Assembly: GCF_963921235.1 (NCBI RefSeq)
Contig: NC_086108.1
Coordinates: 18,352,001-18,416,000, forward strand
Direction: 5' to 3'
Source of the DNA: Mobula hypostoma
Taxonomy: Eukaryota
Length of the DNA: 64,000 nt
Part shown: positions 13,275 through 26,580 of the stretch, one piece after another
Layout: each line of letters starts with the position of its first letter
How positions within the stretch are numbered: position 1 is the first letter of the stretch
Program-made: the position numbers and the translations under genes
The notes under the pieces: generated by a model
The model's database searches: none
Told to the model about the DNA's origin: nothing
The model's input: the letters and a program-made list of their open reading frames with translations, nothing else

Positions 13275-16200
13275 GACCATAAGACCATAAGACAAAGGAG
13301 CAGAAGTCGGCCATTCAGCCCACCGAGTCTGCTCTGCCATTTTATCATGAGCTGATCCATTCTCCCATTTAGTCCTACTCCCCTGCCTTCTCACCATAAC
13401 CTTTGATGCCCTGGCTACACAGATACCTATCAATCTCTGCCTTAAATACACCCAATGACTTGGCCTCCACTGCTGCCCATGGCAACAAATTCCATAGATT
13501 CACCACCCTCTGACTAAAAAAATTTCTTCGCATTTCTGTTCTGAATGGGCGCCCTTCAATCCTTAAGTCATGCCCTCTCGTACTAGACTCCCCGATCATG
13601 GGAAACAACTTTGCCACATCCACTCTGTCCATGCCTTTCAACATTAGAAATGCTTCTATGAGGTCTCCCCTCATTCTTCTAAACTCCAAGGAATACAGTC
13701 CAAGAGCAGACAAACGTTCCTCATGTTAACCCTCTCATTCCCCGAATCATTCTAGTGAATCTTCTCTGTACCCTCTCCAACGTCAGCACATTCTTTCTTA
13801 AATAAGGAGACCAAAACTGCCCACAGTACTCCAAGTGAGGTCTCACCAGTGCCTTATAGAGCATCACTGCAGTTGTACAAGGCCTTGGTGAGACCACACC
13901 TGGAGTATTGTGTGCAGTTTTGGTCCCCTAATCTGAGGAAAGACATCTTTGCCATAGAGTGAGTACAAAGAAGGTTCACCAGATTGATTCCTGGGATGGC
14001 GGGACTTTCATATGAAGAAAGACTGGATGAATTGGGCTTGTACTCGTTGGAATTTAGAAGATTGAGGGGGGATCTGATTGAAATGTATAAGATCCTAAAG
14101 GGGTTGGACAGGCTAGATGCAGGAAGATTGTTCCCGATGTTGGGGAAGTCCAGAACGAGGGGTCACAGTTTGAGGATAGAGGGGAAGCCTTTTAGGACCG
14201 AGATTAGGAAAAACTTCTTCACACAGAGAGTGGTGAATCTGTGGAATTCTCTGCCACAGGAAACAGTTGAGGCCAGTTCATTGGCTATATTTAAGAGGGA
14301 GTTAGATATGGCCCTTGTGGCTACGGGGGTCAGGGGGTATGGAGGGAAGGCTGGGGCGGGGTTCTGAGTTGGATGATCAGCCATGATCATAATAAATGGC
14401 GGTGCAGGCTCGAAGGGCCGAATGGCCTACTCCTGCACCTATTTTCTATGTTTCTATGTTTCTATTCTCTATTCCTCTAGAAATGAATGCCAACATTGCA
14501 TTCGCCTTCTTCACCACAGACTCAACCTGCAGGTTAACCTTAAGAGTATCCTGTACGAGGACTCCCAAGTCCCGTTGCATCTCAGAACTTTGAATTCTTT
14601 CCCCATTTAAATAGTAGTCTGCCCGTTTATTTCTTCTGCCAAAGTGCATAACCATACACTTTCCAACATTGTATTTCATTTGCCACTTCTTTGCCCATTC
14701 TACCAATCTATCCAAGTCTCTCTGCAGACTCTCCATTTCCTCAGCACTACTGGCCCCTCCACCTATCTTCGTATCGTCAGCAAACTTAGCCACAAAGCCA
14801 TCTATTCCATAATCCAGATCGTTGATGTACAATGTAAAAAGAAGCGGCCCCAACACTGATCCCTGTGGAACACCACTGGTAACTGGCAGCCAACCAGAAT
14901 AGGATCCCTTTATTTCCACTCTCTGTTTCCTGCCAATCAGCCAATGCTCTATCCACATATGTAACTTTCTCGTAATTCCATGGGCTCTTATCTTGTTAAG
15001 TAGCCTCCTGTGTGGCACCTTGTCAAAGGCCTTCTGAAAATCCAAATATACAACATCCACTGCATCTCCCTTGTCTAGCCTACTGGTAATTTCCTCAAAA
15101 AATTGTAATAGGTTTGTCAGGCAGGATTTTCCTTTAAGGAATCCATGCTGAGTTCTGCCTATCTTGTTATATGCCTCCAGGTACTCTGTAACCTCATCCT
15201 TGACAATCGACTCCAACAACTTCCCAACCACTGATGTCAAGCTAGCAGGTCTATAATTTCCTTTTTGCTTCCTTGCCCCCTTCTTAAATAGCAGAGTGAC
15301 ATTTGCAATCTTCCAGTCTTCCAGAACCATGCCAGAATCTATCGACTTTTGAAAGATCATCGCTAATGCCTCCGCAATCTCCACAGCTACTTCCTTCAGA
15401 ACACGAGGGTGCATTCCATCTGGTCTAGGAGATTTATCTACCTTTAGCCTATTCAGCTTCCTGAGTACTTTCTCTGTCGTAATTGTGACTGCGCACACTT
15501 CTCTTCCCTGCCACCCTTGAGTGTCCGGTATACTGCTAATGTCTTCCTCAGTAAAGACTGATACAAAATACTTGTTCAGTTCCTCTGCCATCTCCTTATC
15601 TCCCATTACAATTTCTCTAGCATCATTTTCTATCGGTCCTGTATCTACTCTCACCTGTCTTTTACTCTTTATATACTTGAAAAAGCTTTTAGTATCCTCT
15701 TTGATATTATTTGCTAGCTTCCTTTCATAGTTAATCTTTTCTCTCTTAATGACCTTCTTGGTTTCCTCTTGTAAGGTTTTAAAAACTTCCCAATCCTCTG
15801 TCTTCCCACTAATTTTTGCTTCCTTGTATGCCCTCTCCTTTGCTTTAACTTTGGCTTTGACTTCTCTTGTCAACCATGGTTGCATCCTTTTTCCACTCGA
15901 AAATTTCTTCTTTTTTGGAATATACCTGTCTTGCACATTCCTCATTTCTCGCATAAACTCCAGCCACTGCTACTCTGCTGTCTTTCCCGCCAGTGTCCCT
16001 TTCCAGTCAACTTTGGCCAGTTTCTCTCTCATGCCACTGTAATTTCCTTTACTCCACTGAAACACCGACACATCAGATTTCGGCTTCTCTTTTTCTAATT
16101 TCACAGTGAACTCAATCATGTTATGATCACTGCCTCCTAAGGGTTCCTTCACCTCAATCTCTCTAATCACCTCCAGTTCATTACACAATACCCAATCCAG

Positions 16201-16305
16201 TACAGCCGATCTCCTAGTGGGCTCAACAACAAGCTGTTCTAAAAAGCCATCTCGCAGACATTCTACAAATTCTCTCTCTTGAGATCCAGTGCTGACCTGA
16301 TTTTC
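13275..16305 (-). mobile_element. CR1 subfamily B, 5'-truncated, interrupted by a subfamily A copy
   Basis: ORFs 14446-15954, 15970-16305 and 13375-13713; (accataag)n tail at 13275. Confidence 0.95.
13866..14464 (+). mobile_element. CR1 subfamily A 3' fragment nested in subfamily B
   Basis: Nearly the exact reverse complement of 353-950; (tttctatg)n tail. Confidence 0.95.
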
Positions 16306-18945
16306 CCAATCTACTCGCATGTTAAAATCCCCCACAATTATCATAACACTGCCCTTCTGACAAGCCATACAGTACAGAAATAGGGCAAAGAATCTCAGAT
16401 ACAAAGAATACAGAAACAGGATATAATCGAAGAGTCATACAGTACAGAAACAGGATCATAGAAGCAGAGTCCTATACTACAGAAATCAGCATGTAAAATC
16501 TCAGAGTCACAGAGTACAGAAACAGGCTCACAGTAAAGAAACAGAAATATATAATCAGAAATTCATACAGTACAGGAATAGGCTTGTCATATCAGAGGGT
16601 CATACAGTACAGAAACAGGATCATAGAATCAGAGAACCATGCAGTACAGTAAGAGGCACATAGAATCAGAGGGTCATACAGTACAGAAACAGGATCCTAG
16701 AATAAGAGGGTAATACAATAAAGAAACAGGCTTGTAGAATCAGAGTCAAACTGTACAGAAACAGGTTCATATAATCAGTGAGTCATACAGTAGAGGAATA
16801 GACTCATAGAATCTGAGGGTCATACAGTACAGAAAGAGGATCATAGAATCAAAGAGTCATACTGAACAGAAACTGGATCACAGAATCAGAGTCCAACATA
16901 CAGAAACAGGCTTGTAGAATCTGAATGTCATACAGTAGGGAAACAGGATCACAGAATCAGAGAGTCATCCAGACAGAAACAGGGTCATATAATCAGTGTC
17001 ATACCATACAGAAATCATGGAATTAGAGAGTCATACAATAGAGAAACAGGATCAATGAATCAGAGAGTCAAACAGTAGAGAACAGCTTCACAGAATCTGA
17101 GCATCATACAGTACAGAAACAAGATTGAAGAATCAGGGAGTCATACAGTACAGAAACAGAGAATCAGACAGTACAGAAATACAATCACAGAACCAGACTG
17201 TCATACAGTATAGAAACAGGATCATAGTCTCAGAAGGTCATATAGAAATGGAGACTTGTACAGTAGAGAAACAGGACTATAGAATCAGAGAGTTATACAT
17301 TACAGGAATGCGATCATAGAATCTGAGTGTCAAATAATACTGAAATATAATCAGAGTCATACAGTACAGAAACTGGCTTGCAGAATCAACAAGTTATATA
17401 GTACAGAAATACAACTCGTAGAATCGGTCATACGGTACAGAAAATGGATCACAGAATAAGACTAGAAACAGGCTTGTAGAATCAGATTGACATACAGTGC
17501 AGAAACAGGATCATAGAATCAGTGTCATACAGTACAGAAAAAGGATCATAGAATTGGTGTCATACAATACCGAAACAGGATCATAGAATCAGAAAGTCTT
17601 ACAGTACGGAAATAGGCTGGTAGAATCAGAGGGCTATACACTACAGAAACAGGATCATAGAATCCAAGAGTCATGCACATAGAATCAGAGAGTCCTACAG
17701 TACAGAAACAGGATCACAGAATCATAGAGTCCTACAGTACAGAAACAAGCTCATAGAGTCAGAGAGTCATATAGTACAGAAATAGGATCATAGAATCAGA
17801 GAGTCATGCAGTGCAGAAACAGGATCATAGAACTAGGGAGTCATAAAATAGAGAAACAGTCTCATACAATTGGAGAGTTATACAGTACGGAAATAGGCTT
17901 ATAGTATCAGAGAGTTATGCAGTACAGGAACAGGCTCATAGAATCAGATAACCATACAGTACAGAAGCAGGTTCATTGAAACAGAGAGTCATACAGTACA
18001 GAAATAAACACATAGAATCAGAGGGTCATACAGTGCAGTAACAGGATCGTAGAATCAGAGACATACAGTACATAATTGGGCTCATCGAATTGGAGAGAAA
18101 TATAGTGCAGAAACAGGATAATTGAGTCAGAGAGTCATACAGTACGGAAATAGGCAAGTAGAATTAGAAGGTCACAAAGTACAGAAACAGGCTCATAGAA
18201 ACAGAGAGTCGTAAAGTAGGATCAGAGAGGCAATCAGCACAGAAAAAGGATCATATAATCAGAGAGTCCTATAGTACGGAAACAGGAACATATAATCAGA
18301 GAGTCCTATAGTACGGAAACAGGAACATATAATCAGAGAGTCCTATAGTACGGAAACAGGAACATATAATCAGAGAGTCCTGTAGTACGGAAACAGGAAC
18401 ATATAATCAGAGAGTCACACAGTAGAGAAATAGGACCATAGAATCAGAGAGTCACACAGTAGAGAAATAAGCTGCTGGAATCAGAGGGCCACACACTACA
18501 GAAACAGGATCATAGAATCCGAGAGTCATGCAGTACAGTAACAGGCACATAGAATTAGAGGGTCATGCAGTGCAGAAGCAGGATTGTAGAATCAGAGAGT
18601 CATACAGCATAGAAATAGGATCACAGAATTAGACATTCGTACAGTACAGAAACAGGATCATAGAACCAGAGAACCATACTGTACAGAAACTGGCTTGGAG
18701 AATCAAAGTTATGTAGTACAGAGATAGGCTCATAGAATCAGGGTCATACAGTACAGAAACAGGATCACAGAATCAGGGAGTCATACAGTACAGAAACAGG
18801 CTTGCGGAATCAGACGGTCATACAGTACAAAACAGGGTTGTAGACTCAGAGGGTCATACAGTATCGAAACAGGATCATACAATCGGGACGTCATAAAGTA
18901 CAGATATAGACTCGTAGAATTAGAGAGTCATACAGTACAGAAGTA
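16306..18945. repeat. 37-bp minisatellite, block 3 (about 70 units)
   Basis: Period 37 seen directly in the near-identical units at 18261, 18298 and 18335. Confidence 0.95.
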
Positions 18946-19396
18946 TACTTGTATAGCCATAGAACTGTACAGCCCAGAAAAAGTTCCTTCAGTCCATCTA
19001 GTCCATGCCAATTAAGGCACGCCATCCAAGCTGGTCATATTTGTCAGTGCTTGAGCCATACTTTCAGTTCATGATCTCCATGCTGCCCACTAAACCGATC
19101 TGCACTAATTCCTTTTGCACATTTTATATAACCATATAACGATTACAGCACGGAAACAGGCCATCTCGGCCCTTCTAGTCCGTGCCGAACTCCTACTCTC
19201 ACCCAGTCCCACTGACCTGCACTCAGTCCATAACCCTCCATTCCCTTCCTGTCCATATATCTATCTAATTTAACTTTAAACGACAACATCGAACCTGCCT
19301 CAAACACTTCCGCTGGAAGTTCGTTCCATATAGCCACCACTCTCTGAGTAAAGAAGTTCCCCCTCATGTTACCCCTAAACTTTTGCCCTTTAACTC

Positions 19397-20616
19397 CACT
19401 TTTTAAAAAAGGAGGGAGAGAGAAACATGGGAATTATAGACCGGTTAGCCTAACATCGGTGGTGGGGAAAATGCTAGAGTCAGTTATGGACCTTGTTATG
19501 GTATTGATGTGGATAGAGAATTGATTGGCAGACAGGAGAATTGGTTGGCAAAGAGTGGGAATAAATAGGACCTTTTCAGAATGGCAGGCAGTGACTAGTG
19601 GGGTACCACAAGGCTCCGTGCTGGGACCCTAGTTGTTTACAATATATATTAATGACTTAGACGAGGGAATTAAATGCAGCATCTCCAAGTTTGCGGATGA
19701 CACGAAGCTGGGCGGCAGTGTTAGTTGTGAGGAGGATGCTAAGAGGATGCAGGGTGACTTGGATAGGTTAAGCGAGTGGGGAATTCATGGCAGATGCAAT
19801 TTAATGTGGATAAATGTGAGGTTATCCACTTTGGTGACAAGAACAGGAAAACAGATTATTATCTGAATGGTGGCCAATTAGGAAAAGGGGAGGTGCAACG
19901 AGACCTGGGTGTCATTATACACCAGTCATTCAAAGTGGGCATGCAGGTACAGCAGGCAATGAAAAAGGCGAATGGTATGCTGGCATTCATAGCAAGAGAA
20001 TTCGAGTACAGGAGCAGGGAGGTACTACTGCAGTTGTACAAGGCCTTGGTGAGACCACACCTGGAGTATTGTGTGCAGCTTTGGTCCCCTAATCTGAGGA
20101 AAGACATCCTTGCCATAGAGGAAGTACAAAGGTTCACCAGATTGATTCCTGGGATAGCAGGACTTTCATATGATGAAAGACTGGATCAACTAGGCTTATA
20201 CTCGTTGGAATTTAGAAGATTGAGGGGGGATCTTATTGAAACGTATTAAATCCTAAAGGGATTGGACAGGCTAGATGCAGGAAGATTGTTCCCGATGTTG
20301 GGGAAGTCCAGAACGAGGGGTCACAGTTTGAGGATAAAGGGGAAGCCTTTTAGGACTGAGATTAGGAAAAACTTCTTCACACAGAGAGTGGTGAATCTGT
20401 GGAATTCTCTGCCACAGGAAACAGTTGAGGCCAGTTCATTGGCTATATTTAAGAGGGAGTTAGATATAGCCCTTGTGGCTAAAGGGATCAGGGGGTATGG
20501 AGGGAAGGCTGGGGCGGGGTTCTGAGTTGGATGATCAGCCATGATCATACTGAATGGCGGTGAAGGTTCGAAGGGCCGAATGGCCTACTCCTGCACCTAT
20601 TTTCTATGTTTCTATG
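19397..20616 (+). mobile_element. CR1 subfamily A, 5'-truncated with an internal deletion
   Basis: TSD TTTAACTC at 19389-19396 and 20617-20624; RT motifs [19 protein letters not shown]. Confidence 0.95.
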
Positions 20617-20958
20617 TTTAACTCTCAACTCATGTCCTCTTGTTTGAATCTCCCTCGCCCTCAATGGAAAAAGCCTACGCACGTCAACTCTATCAATCCT
20701 CCTCATAATTTTAAACACCTCTATCAAGTCCCCTCTCAACTTTCTACGCTCCAAAGAATAAAGACCTAACTTGTTCAACCTTTCTCTGTAACTTAGGAGA
20801 TGAAACCCAGGCAACATTTTAGTAAACCTCCACTGTACTCTCTCAATTTTATTGACATATTTCCTATAATTCGGTGACCAGAACTGTACACAATACTCCA
20901 AATTTGGCCTTACCAATGCCTTATGCAATTTCAACATTACATCCCAACTCCTATACTC

Positions 20959-21330
20959 TCTCACGGTGGTGTCTGAAAAGAGGATGCTGTCTAAGTTGCA
21001 TGCCATCTTGGTCAATGTCTCCCATCCACTACATAATGTACTGGGTGGGCACAGGAGTACAGACAGAGACTCATTCCTCCAAGATGCAGCACAGAGCATC
21101 ATAGGAAGTCATTCCTGCCTGTGGCCATCAAACTTTACAACTCTTCCCTCGGAGGGTCAGACATCCTGTGCCGATAGGCTGATCCTGGACTTATTTCATA
21201 ATTTACTAGTATAATTTACATATTTCTATTTAACTATTTATGGTTCTATTACTATTTATTATTTATGGTGTAACTGTAACAAAAACCAGTTTCCCCCTGG
21301 GATCAATAAAGTATGACTATGACTATGACT
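20959..21330 (+). mobile_element. Rex1/Babar-like LINE 3' end
   Basis: HPLHN...SFLPVAIKLYN-type C-terminus, aataaa, (gactat)n tail; approximate TSD ctatactc/ctacactc. Confidence 0.7.
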
Positions 21331-24300
21331 ATGACTACACTCAATGCTCTGATTAATAAAGGCTTTCTTCACCACCCTATCCACATGAGATTCCACCTTC
21401 AGGGAATTATGCACCATTATTCCTAGATCCCTCTGTTCTACTGCATTCTTCAATGCCCTACCATTTACCATGTATGTCCTATTCTGATTAGTTCTACCAA
21501 AATGTAGCACCTCACATTTTTCAGCATTAAACTCCATCTGCCATCTTTCAGCCCACTCTTCTAACTGGCCTAAATCTCTCTGCAAGATTTGCAAACCTAC
21601 TTCATTATCCACAATGCCACCTATCTTAGTATCATCTGCATACTTACTAATCCAATTTACCACTCCATCATCCAGATCATTAATATATATGACAAACAAC
21701 ATTGGACCCAGTACAGATCCCTGAAGCACATCGCTATACACCGTCCTCCAATCTGACACACAGTTATCCACCACTGCTCTCTGGTGTCTCGCATCCAGCC
21801 ACTGCTGAATCCATTTGACGACTTCGATGTTAATGCCTAACAATTGAACCTTCCTAACTAACCTTCCGTGTGGAACCTTGTCAAAGGCCTTACTGAAGTC
21901 CATATAGACAACATCCACTGCTTTACCCTCGTCAACTTTCCTAGTAACCTCATCAAAAAATTCAATAAGATTTGTCAAACATGACCTTCCACGCACAAAT
22001 CCATGTTGACTGTTCCTAATCAGACCCTGTCTATCCAGATAATTATATATACCATCTCTAAGAATACTTTCCATCAATTTACCCACCACTGACGTCAAAC
22101 TCACAGGCCGATAATTGCTAGGTTTTCTTTTAGAACCCTTTTTAAACAATGGAACCACATGAGCAATACACCAATCCTCCGGCACCATTCCCGTTTCTAA
22201 TGACATTTGAAATATTTCTGTCAGAGCCCCTGCTATTTCCACACTAACATCCTTCAAGGTCCTAGGGAATATCTTGTCTGGACCCGGAGACTTATCCACT
22301 TTTATATTCCTTAAAAGCGCCAGTACTTCCTCTTCTTTAATCGTCATACTTTCCATAACTACCCTTCTTGTTTCCTTTACCTTACACAATTCAATATCCT
22401 TCTCCTTCGTGAATACTGAATAAAAGAAATTGTTCAAAATCTCCCCCATCTCTTTTGGCTCCACACATAGCCGACCACTCTGATTCTCTAAGGGACCAAT
22501 TTTATCCCTCACTATCCTTTTGCTATTTATATAACTGTAGAAACCCTTTGGATTTATTTTCACCTTACTTGCTAAAGCTGCCTGGTATCTTCTTTTGGCT
22601 TTTCTAATTTCTTTCATAAGATTCTTTTTACATTCTTTATATTCCTCAAGCACCTCATTAACTCCAAGCTGCCTATGTACCCTCAAAATTTCACCTTTAA
22701 ATGACCTCCATTTCTCTATTACATCCTTCCCATAAAACAAATTGTCCCAATCCACTCCTTCTAAATCCTTTTTCATCTCCTCAAAGTTAGCCTTTCTCCA
22801 ATCAAAAATCTCAGTCCTAGGTCCAGTCCTATCCTTCTCCATAATTAGATTGAAACTAATGATATTGTGATCACTGGGCCCGAAGTGCTCCCCAACGCAT
22901 ACCTCCGTCACCTGCCCTATCTCATTCCCTAACAGGAGATCCAACACTGCCCCTTCTCTAGTTGGTACCTCTATGTATTGCTCCAAAAAACTATCTTGCA
23001 CGCATTTGACAAACTCCAAACCATCCAGCCCTTTTACAGAATGGGCTTCCCAGTCTATGTGTGGAAAATTAAAATCTCCCACAATCACAACCTTGTGCTT
23101 ACTACAAATATCTGCTATTCCCTTACAAATTTGCTCCTCTGGTTCACGGTCCCCATTAGGTGGTCTATAATACACCCCTATAAGTGTCACTACATCTTTC
23201 CTATTCCTCAATTCCACCCAAATAGCCTCCCTGGACGAGTCCACTAATCTATCCTGCCAGAGGACCGCTGTTATATTTTCTCTGACAACACCTCCCCCTC
23301 AGCAATGCAACAGCTCCCCCTTTACGGTCATAGTCTTCTCCATCTAGGTGATTGTTTAGATGTTTCAGTAATGTTTTGAGTGTCTCTGCCTCCACATTTC
23401 TTCAGGCTTCATATTGTATCCTCCAACCACACTTTGGTTACCTCTAAACTTCCAGCCTCTTACCTATCCCTCCTGTCTTTGTTACCCTACCTAGGGGTAA
23501 AGACATTGAAAGCTGTGAAATGCAGTTTTTTGGAGCCTGCAGCTAAAAGGAGAATGCTGCCTATCTCAGCAGACCCGACAGGTGAATGTTGAGTTTATGT
23601 TACAGGTGGTTTGCCTTACTGCAGGAATGTCCACTTCTGATACAAATCAGGACATCATGCTACCTAAAATTGTTGAATTCAATTTGGGGATATGAAGGAT
23701 GGAATATGCCTTTTCCTTAAGCCTATTTATGGGACAAGGAATTAAAGCAGCAGGCAACTGCATCACCTTTGTACATTGAACACTGGCATTCTGCAATCTT
23801 TGAATTCATAGGTGTTGTGTTTCTGGAAGGAAAAAAGGATGGAAAGGGCAGGATCATTTGCCAAAGGCAGAACACTATAACCAACTGCAGCCCAACCGGA
23901 TTTATTGCCACTACTTATACTGCTGTCCAGAGGTGGAAACACTAGGGAATGGGACTCCATCTCCAGGTGATTTTTAAATGGAGCACTCGAGCTTTCACCA
24001 TCACCATCATTGTTTCTTTTGTGCCAAGTAACCACTGCTGGATCCTCAGGGTATGAATGCCCCCTGCCAAGAAGATTCTTTGAACTCTCTCGTTGGAAAA
24101 GGGAATGTTCTTTGATGGTGTCCTGATGTCTTCCCAGCATTGGCCTTCAATCCTTAACTTTCTTATTTATTATTAAAGAGCCTAGCCAGCCCATTCAGCA
24201 TCAGTCATATTCCACGTGATGATGTCCGGTAGTCTCCCAGCCTTTCTGCACCCCCCACCCCCTCCCTGTTGCCTGCATTGACTTATTGCTTTCAATCAAG

Positions 24301-24889
24301 CCTCAGAGTCTTGCACCGAGATGAGGTCAAACATGACACTGAGACAAGAAGAACATGACAGTAAATCCAATAGGTTGGACTTCAGGGGCATTTTATAGAC
24401 AAAGCCTTTCTCTCCCTTGGATGTGGATGTGGTTCCTTTCCTGGAGTGAACTGGTCCACAGGATGGATTTCACAAGACAGAGCTGAGGTCCAACCTTGTG
24501 TGTGTGTTTCAGTTAGGATGGGAACTGAATCCATGAGCTCTGTTTCTGTCTTCTTGACCTAACCTTTGACTGTCAAAGCAGCACTGGTACCATAGCTGTG
24601 CAGGTGGTGTAGGAGGGTGGTGAGGGTAAGGTTTATACTTCTATGTGGGCTTGTTTTCCCAGCTGTAGGTTTGAGTGCAAATGGGGCAGAACACAACGCA
24701 CACATTAATGAGGCCATAGTTTAACATCCTGTGCATCCACTGGGTCTCTGGAGATGTGCTTAAAGGCAAATTAAGAGTGAGCACAATGGTTGTTGCAATG
24801 ATGGTCGAGTGGCAGGGGCCTGGCTGGTCTTCCTGCCAACGTTCTCAGTAGATGCAATTTATATGTTACTTAAGCTTTGTCTGTAGTTT

Positions 24890-24904
24890 TGTGTGTATAC
24901 GTGC

Positions 24905-24945
<41 letters not shown>

Positions 24946-25010
24946 CGTGTGCGCGCATGTGTCGGTGTGTGTGTGTGTGTGTGTGTGTGCACGCGCACGA
25001 GTGTGTGCGT
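24890..25010. repeat. (GT)n microsatellite, interrupted
   Basis: Direct observation. Confidence 0.9.
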
Positions 25011-25814
25011 ATTTGTATGTTGTGTTTGGTATTCCGATGTGTGTGGATTGAAGTGGATTTATTACTGTCACATGTACTGATGAACAGTGGAAAAACTTGT
25101 CTTGCGTACTATTCACACAGATAAGACCATAAGATACAGGAACGTAATTTGGCCCCTTTGAGTCTGCTCCACCAGTCTATCATGGCTAATTTATTATCCT
25201 TATCAATCCCATTCTCCTGCCTTCTCCCTGTAACCTCTGACACCCTGCCTATCAACCTCCTCTTCAATTATGAATTGGCCTCCACAGACATCTGTGGCAT
25301 TGAATTCCACAGATTCACTAACCTCTGGCTAAAGAAATTCCTTCTCATTGCTGTTCTTAATGGGTGTCCCTCTATTCTGAGGCTGTTCTCTCCAGTTCTA
25401 GACACAGTCTCTACAGGAAATGTCCTCTCCACATGCACTCTATCTAGGACTTTCAACATTCAATAGATTTCATTGAGATCTCTCCTCAGTTCTTCTAAAC
25501 ACCAGAGAGTACAAGCCCAGAGCCATCAAAGTGCTACTCATGCCTTTCATTCCTGGAATCATTTTGGTAAATCTCCTTTGGACCCTCTCTAATGTCAGCA
25601 CATCATTTCTCAGATGTGGGGTCCATAACTGCTCACAAGATCCCAAGTGCAGTCTGACCAATGCCTTATAAAGCCTCAGCATGACATCCTTTCTTTTATA
25701 TTTTGGTCCTCTCGAAATAGATGCTACACTGTATTTTCCTTCTTTAGTACCAACTCAACCTGCAATTGAACATTTAATGAATCCTGCACAGGGACTCCTA
25801 TGTCCATTTGATAT

Positions 25815-26000
25815 TGCAGTGCTGGCTGAGCTTGGCAATTAAGCTCGCAGATATTTTATCACCAATTGAGGTGACATTCTCGGAGTACACTCAATGCAAG
25901 CACTCCTAGAGAGAAACACCAACAACTGTACACTGAGGATGTCACCACAACTGGCAATGAAATCTCTGCAAGTTAATTGCCAAGCTCAGTGAACACTGTA
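25815..26000. mobile_element. Penelope-like inverted-repeat (hairpin) element
   Basis: ctgagcttggcaattaa...ggtgacattctc is complementary to gaggatgtcacc...ttaattgccaagctcag. Confidence 0.6.
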
Positions 26001-26580
26001 ACATCAAACGCCTCAAACCAAGCTATCAATATTCAACACCATCCTAGATTCCCAAATCCCTTTGCACCTCTGCTTTTTGAATTTTCTTCCTGTTTAGCCT
26101 TTGACTATACCTTTATTCCTTCTATTAAAGTGCATGTCCTGACACTTCCCTACAGTATATTCCACCTGCCACTTCTTTGCCCATTCTCCCAATCTGATTC
26201 AGTCCTTCTGTAGACTCCCTTCTTCCTCAACACTACCTTCCCCCTCCACCTGTCTTCCATCATCCACAAAGTTGGCCATAAAGCCATCAATTGCATCATC
26301 CAAATCATTAAAATATTAAGTGAAAAGAAGCAGTCCCAACACCGAACTGTGTGGAAAACCATTTATCACTGGCAGCCAACCAGAAAAAGCCCACTTTATT
26401 CCCACTCCTTGTCTCCTGCCAGTTAACAAATCTTCTATCCATGCTAGTACTTTCCCGTAATATCATGGGCTCATATCTTTTTAAGCAGCCTTTTGTGAGG
26501 CACCTTGTCAAAGACCTTCTGAAAATCCAAGTAAGTATCATCTACTGACTCTCATTTATCTGTCCTGCTCGTTATTTCTC

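Larger units (their letters stand above)
19130..23290 (-). mobile_element. CR1 subfamily C (APE+RT), host of two nested insertions
   Basis: ORF 21259-23244(-); 3' part split into 20617-20958 and 19130-19396. Confidence 0.93.

Noticed and set aside
16306..18945. 37-bp repeat array as a CRISPR
   Set aside because: Units are head-to-tail with no unique spacers, the context is a eukaryotic intron, and there are no cas genes.
24852..25124. VC/HT-repeat ORFs
   Set aside because: Translations of the (GT)n microsatellite.
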